Shown piece by piece: positions 34,677 through 35,035 of a DNA stretch of 35,035 bases (position 1 is the stretch's first letter; every line of letters begins with the position of its first letter). Under the pieces are notes generated by a model. It was not told the origin of the DNA. It did not search any database and saw only the letters and a program-made list of their open reading frames with translations. Source of the DNA: Desulfobacteraceae bacterium (lineage in GTDB: Bacteria; Desulfobacterota; DSM-4660; Desulfatiglandales; Desulfatiglandaceae); contig JAUVRS010000001.1 of NCBI GenBank assembly GCA_030597505.1, positions 1 to 35,035 of the forward strand, read 5' to 3'. Position numbers and translations under genes: made by a program.

Positions 34677-34758
34677 GTTTTTTATTTACAGACCCATATC
34701 AATATTGTATCAATAGGGTCGTGATTATATCTATGTCAATTGTGTAGTGATATGATAC

Positions 34759-34833
34759 GGGCGGTTAACTCAGCGGGAGAGTGCCATCCTCACACGGTGG
34801 AAGCCGGGGGTTCAAATCCCCCACCGCCCACCA
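34759..34833 (+). tRNA. tRNA-Val (anticodon CAC), CCA encoded
   Basis: Manual cloverleaf. The acceptor stem is GGGCGGT/ACCGCCC and the D stem is ACTC/GAGT. The anticodon stem is CCATC/GGTGG with loop CTCACAC. The T arm is GGGGG-TTCAAAT-CCCCC, followed by discriminator A and CCA. Confidence 0.9.
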
Positions 34834-34841
34834 GTAAAATC

Positions 34842-34880
34842 AAGGGGTTACGCTTCATTGTGTAACCCCTTTTTTCTTTT
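34842..34880 (+). terminator. Rho-independent terminator after tRNA-Val
   Basis: A 10-bp stem (AAGGGGTTAC / GTAACCCCTT) with a 10-nt loop, followed by TTTTTCTTTTT. Confidence 0.75.
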
Positions 34881-35035
34881 TGTGACCAAATTGTGACCGG
34901 TTCCAAAAATTGTGTTTTCTAACTTACAAGCTGCCTCCTGATTTGTAGGTTTCATTAAGTGAGCATAGACGTTCCAAGTGACCGTTGGGTTTGAATGACC
35001 AAGTTGTGATTGAATTGAAGTTTCACAGTTTTTGA
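34848..35035 (-). CDS. Tyrosine recombinase / phage-type integrase, C-terminal 61 codons only; the gene continues beyond the right edge
   Basis: My manual reverse translation gives ...KNCETSIQSQLGHSNPTVTWNVYAHLMKPTNQEAACKLENTIFGTGHNLVTKRKKGLHNEA*. LGHS-x8-VYAHL is the box II motif with the catalytic Tyr. It is not in the ORF track because there is no start in the window. Confidence 0.7.
   Translation of the reverse strand, partial: KNCETSIQSQLGHSNPTVTWNVYAHLMKPTNQEAACKLENTIFGTGHNLVTKRKKGLHNEA

Overview
This 35-kb window looks like bacterial chromosome. Gene content suggests a Desulfobacterota/deltaproteobacterial-type anaerobe, but that is inference only. I see no rRNA, CRISPR array or intact IS element.

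Gene content, left to right:
- A TetR-controlled RND efflux operon on the minus strand (TetR, outer-membrane factor, periplasmic adaptor), running off the left edge.
- A divergent pair of 2-hydroxyacyl-CoA dehydratase/benzoyl-CoA reductase-family (HgdA/HgdB-like) genes, with no activator ATPase in view.
- dinB, a cold-shock protein gene and HU.
- About 680 bp of non-coding scar holding a truncated pRiA4b-ORF3-like gene fragment.
- A seven-gene Bat-type MoxR/DUF58/vWA/TPR operon.
- degP/htrA, convergent with an OmpR-type two-component system.
- A decayed fragment of the comM 3' end.
- A three-gene minus-strand module: an HPr-domain fusion protein, panB and an MBL-fold hydrolase.
- Intact comM/yifB.
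- A housekeeping run: rpoZ, dnaJ, dksA-like, a DHH-CBS-CCA/poly(A) polymerase fusion, trpS, scpA, scpB, rluB and tRNA-Val(CAC).
- The 3' end of a tyrosine integrase at the right edge.

I found no clearly new multi-gene system. The items most worth follow-up are:
- the comM-fragment direct repeat that brackets the HPr-fusion/panB/MBL module;
- the 445-aa protein with an uncharacterised N-terminal region fused to an HPr domain;
- the activator-less Hgd-like pair;
- the Bat operon, which has a fused BatB-BatC protein with a lysine-rich tail;
- the 36-bp palindrome upstream of csp;
- the tRNA-Val/integrase island boundary.
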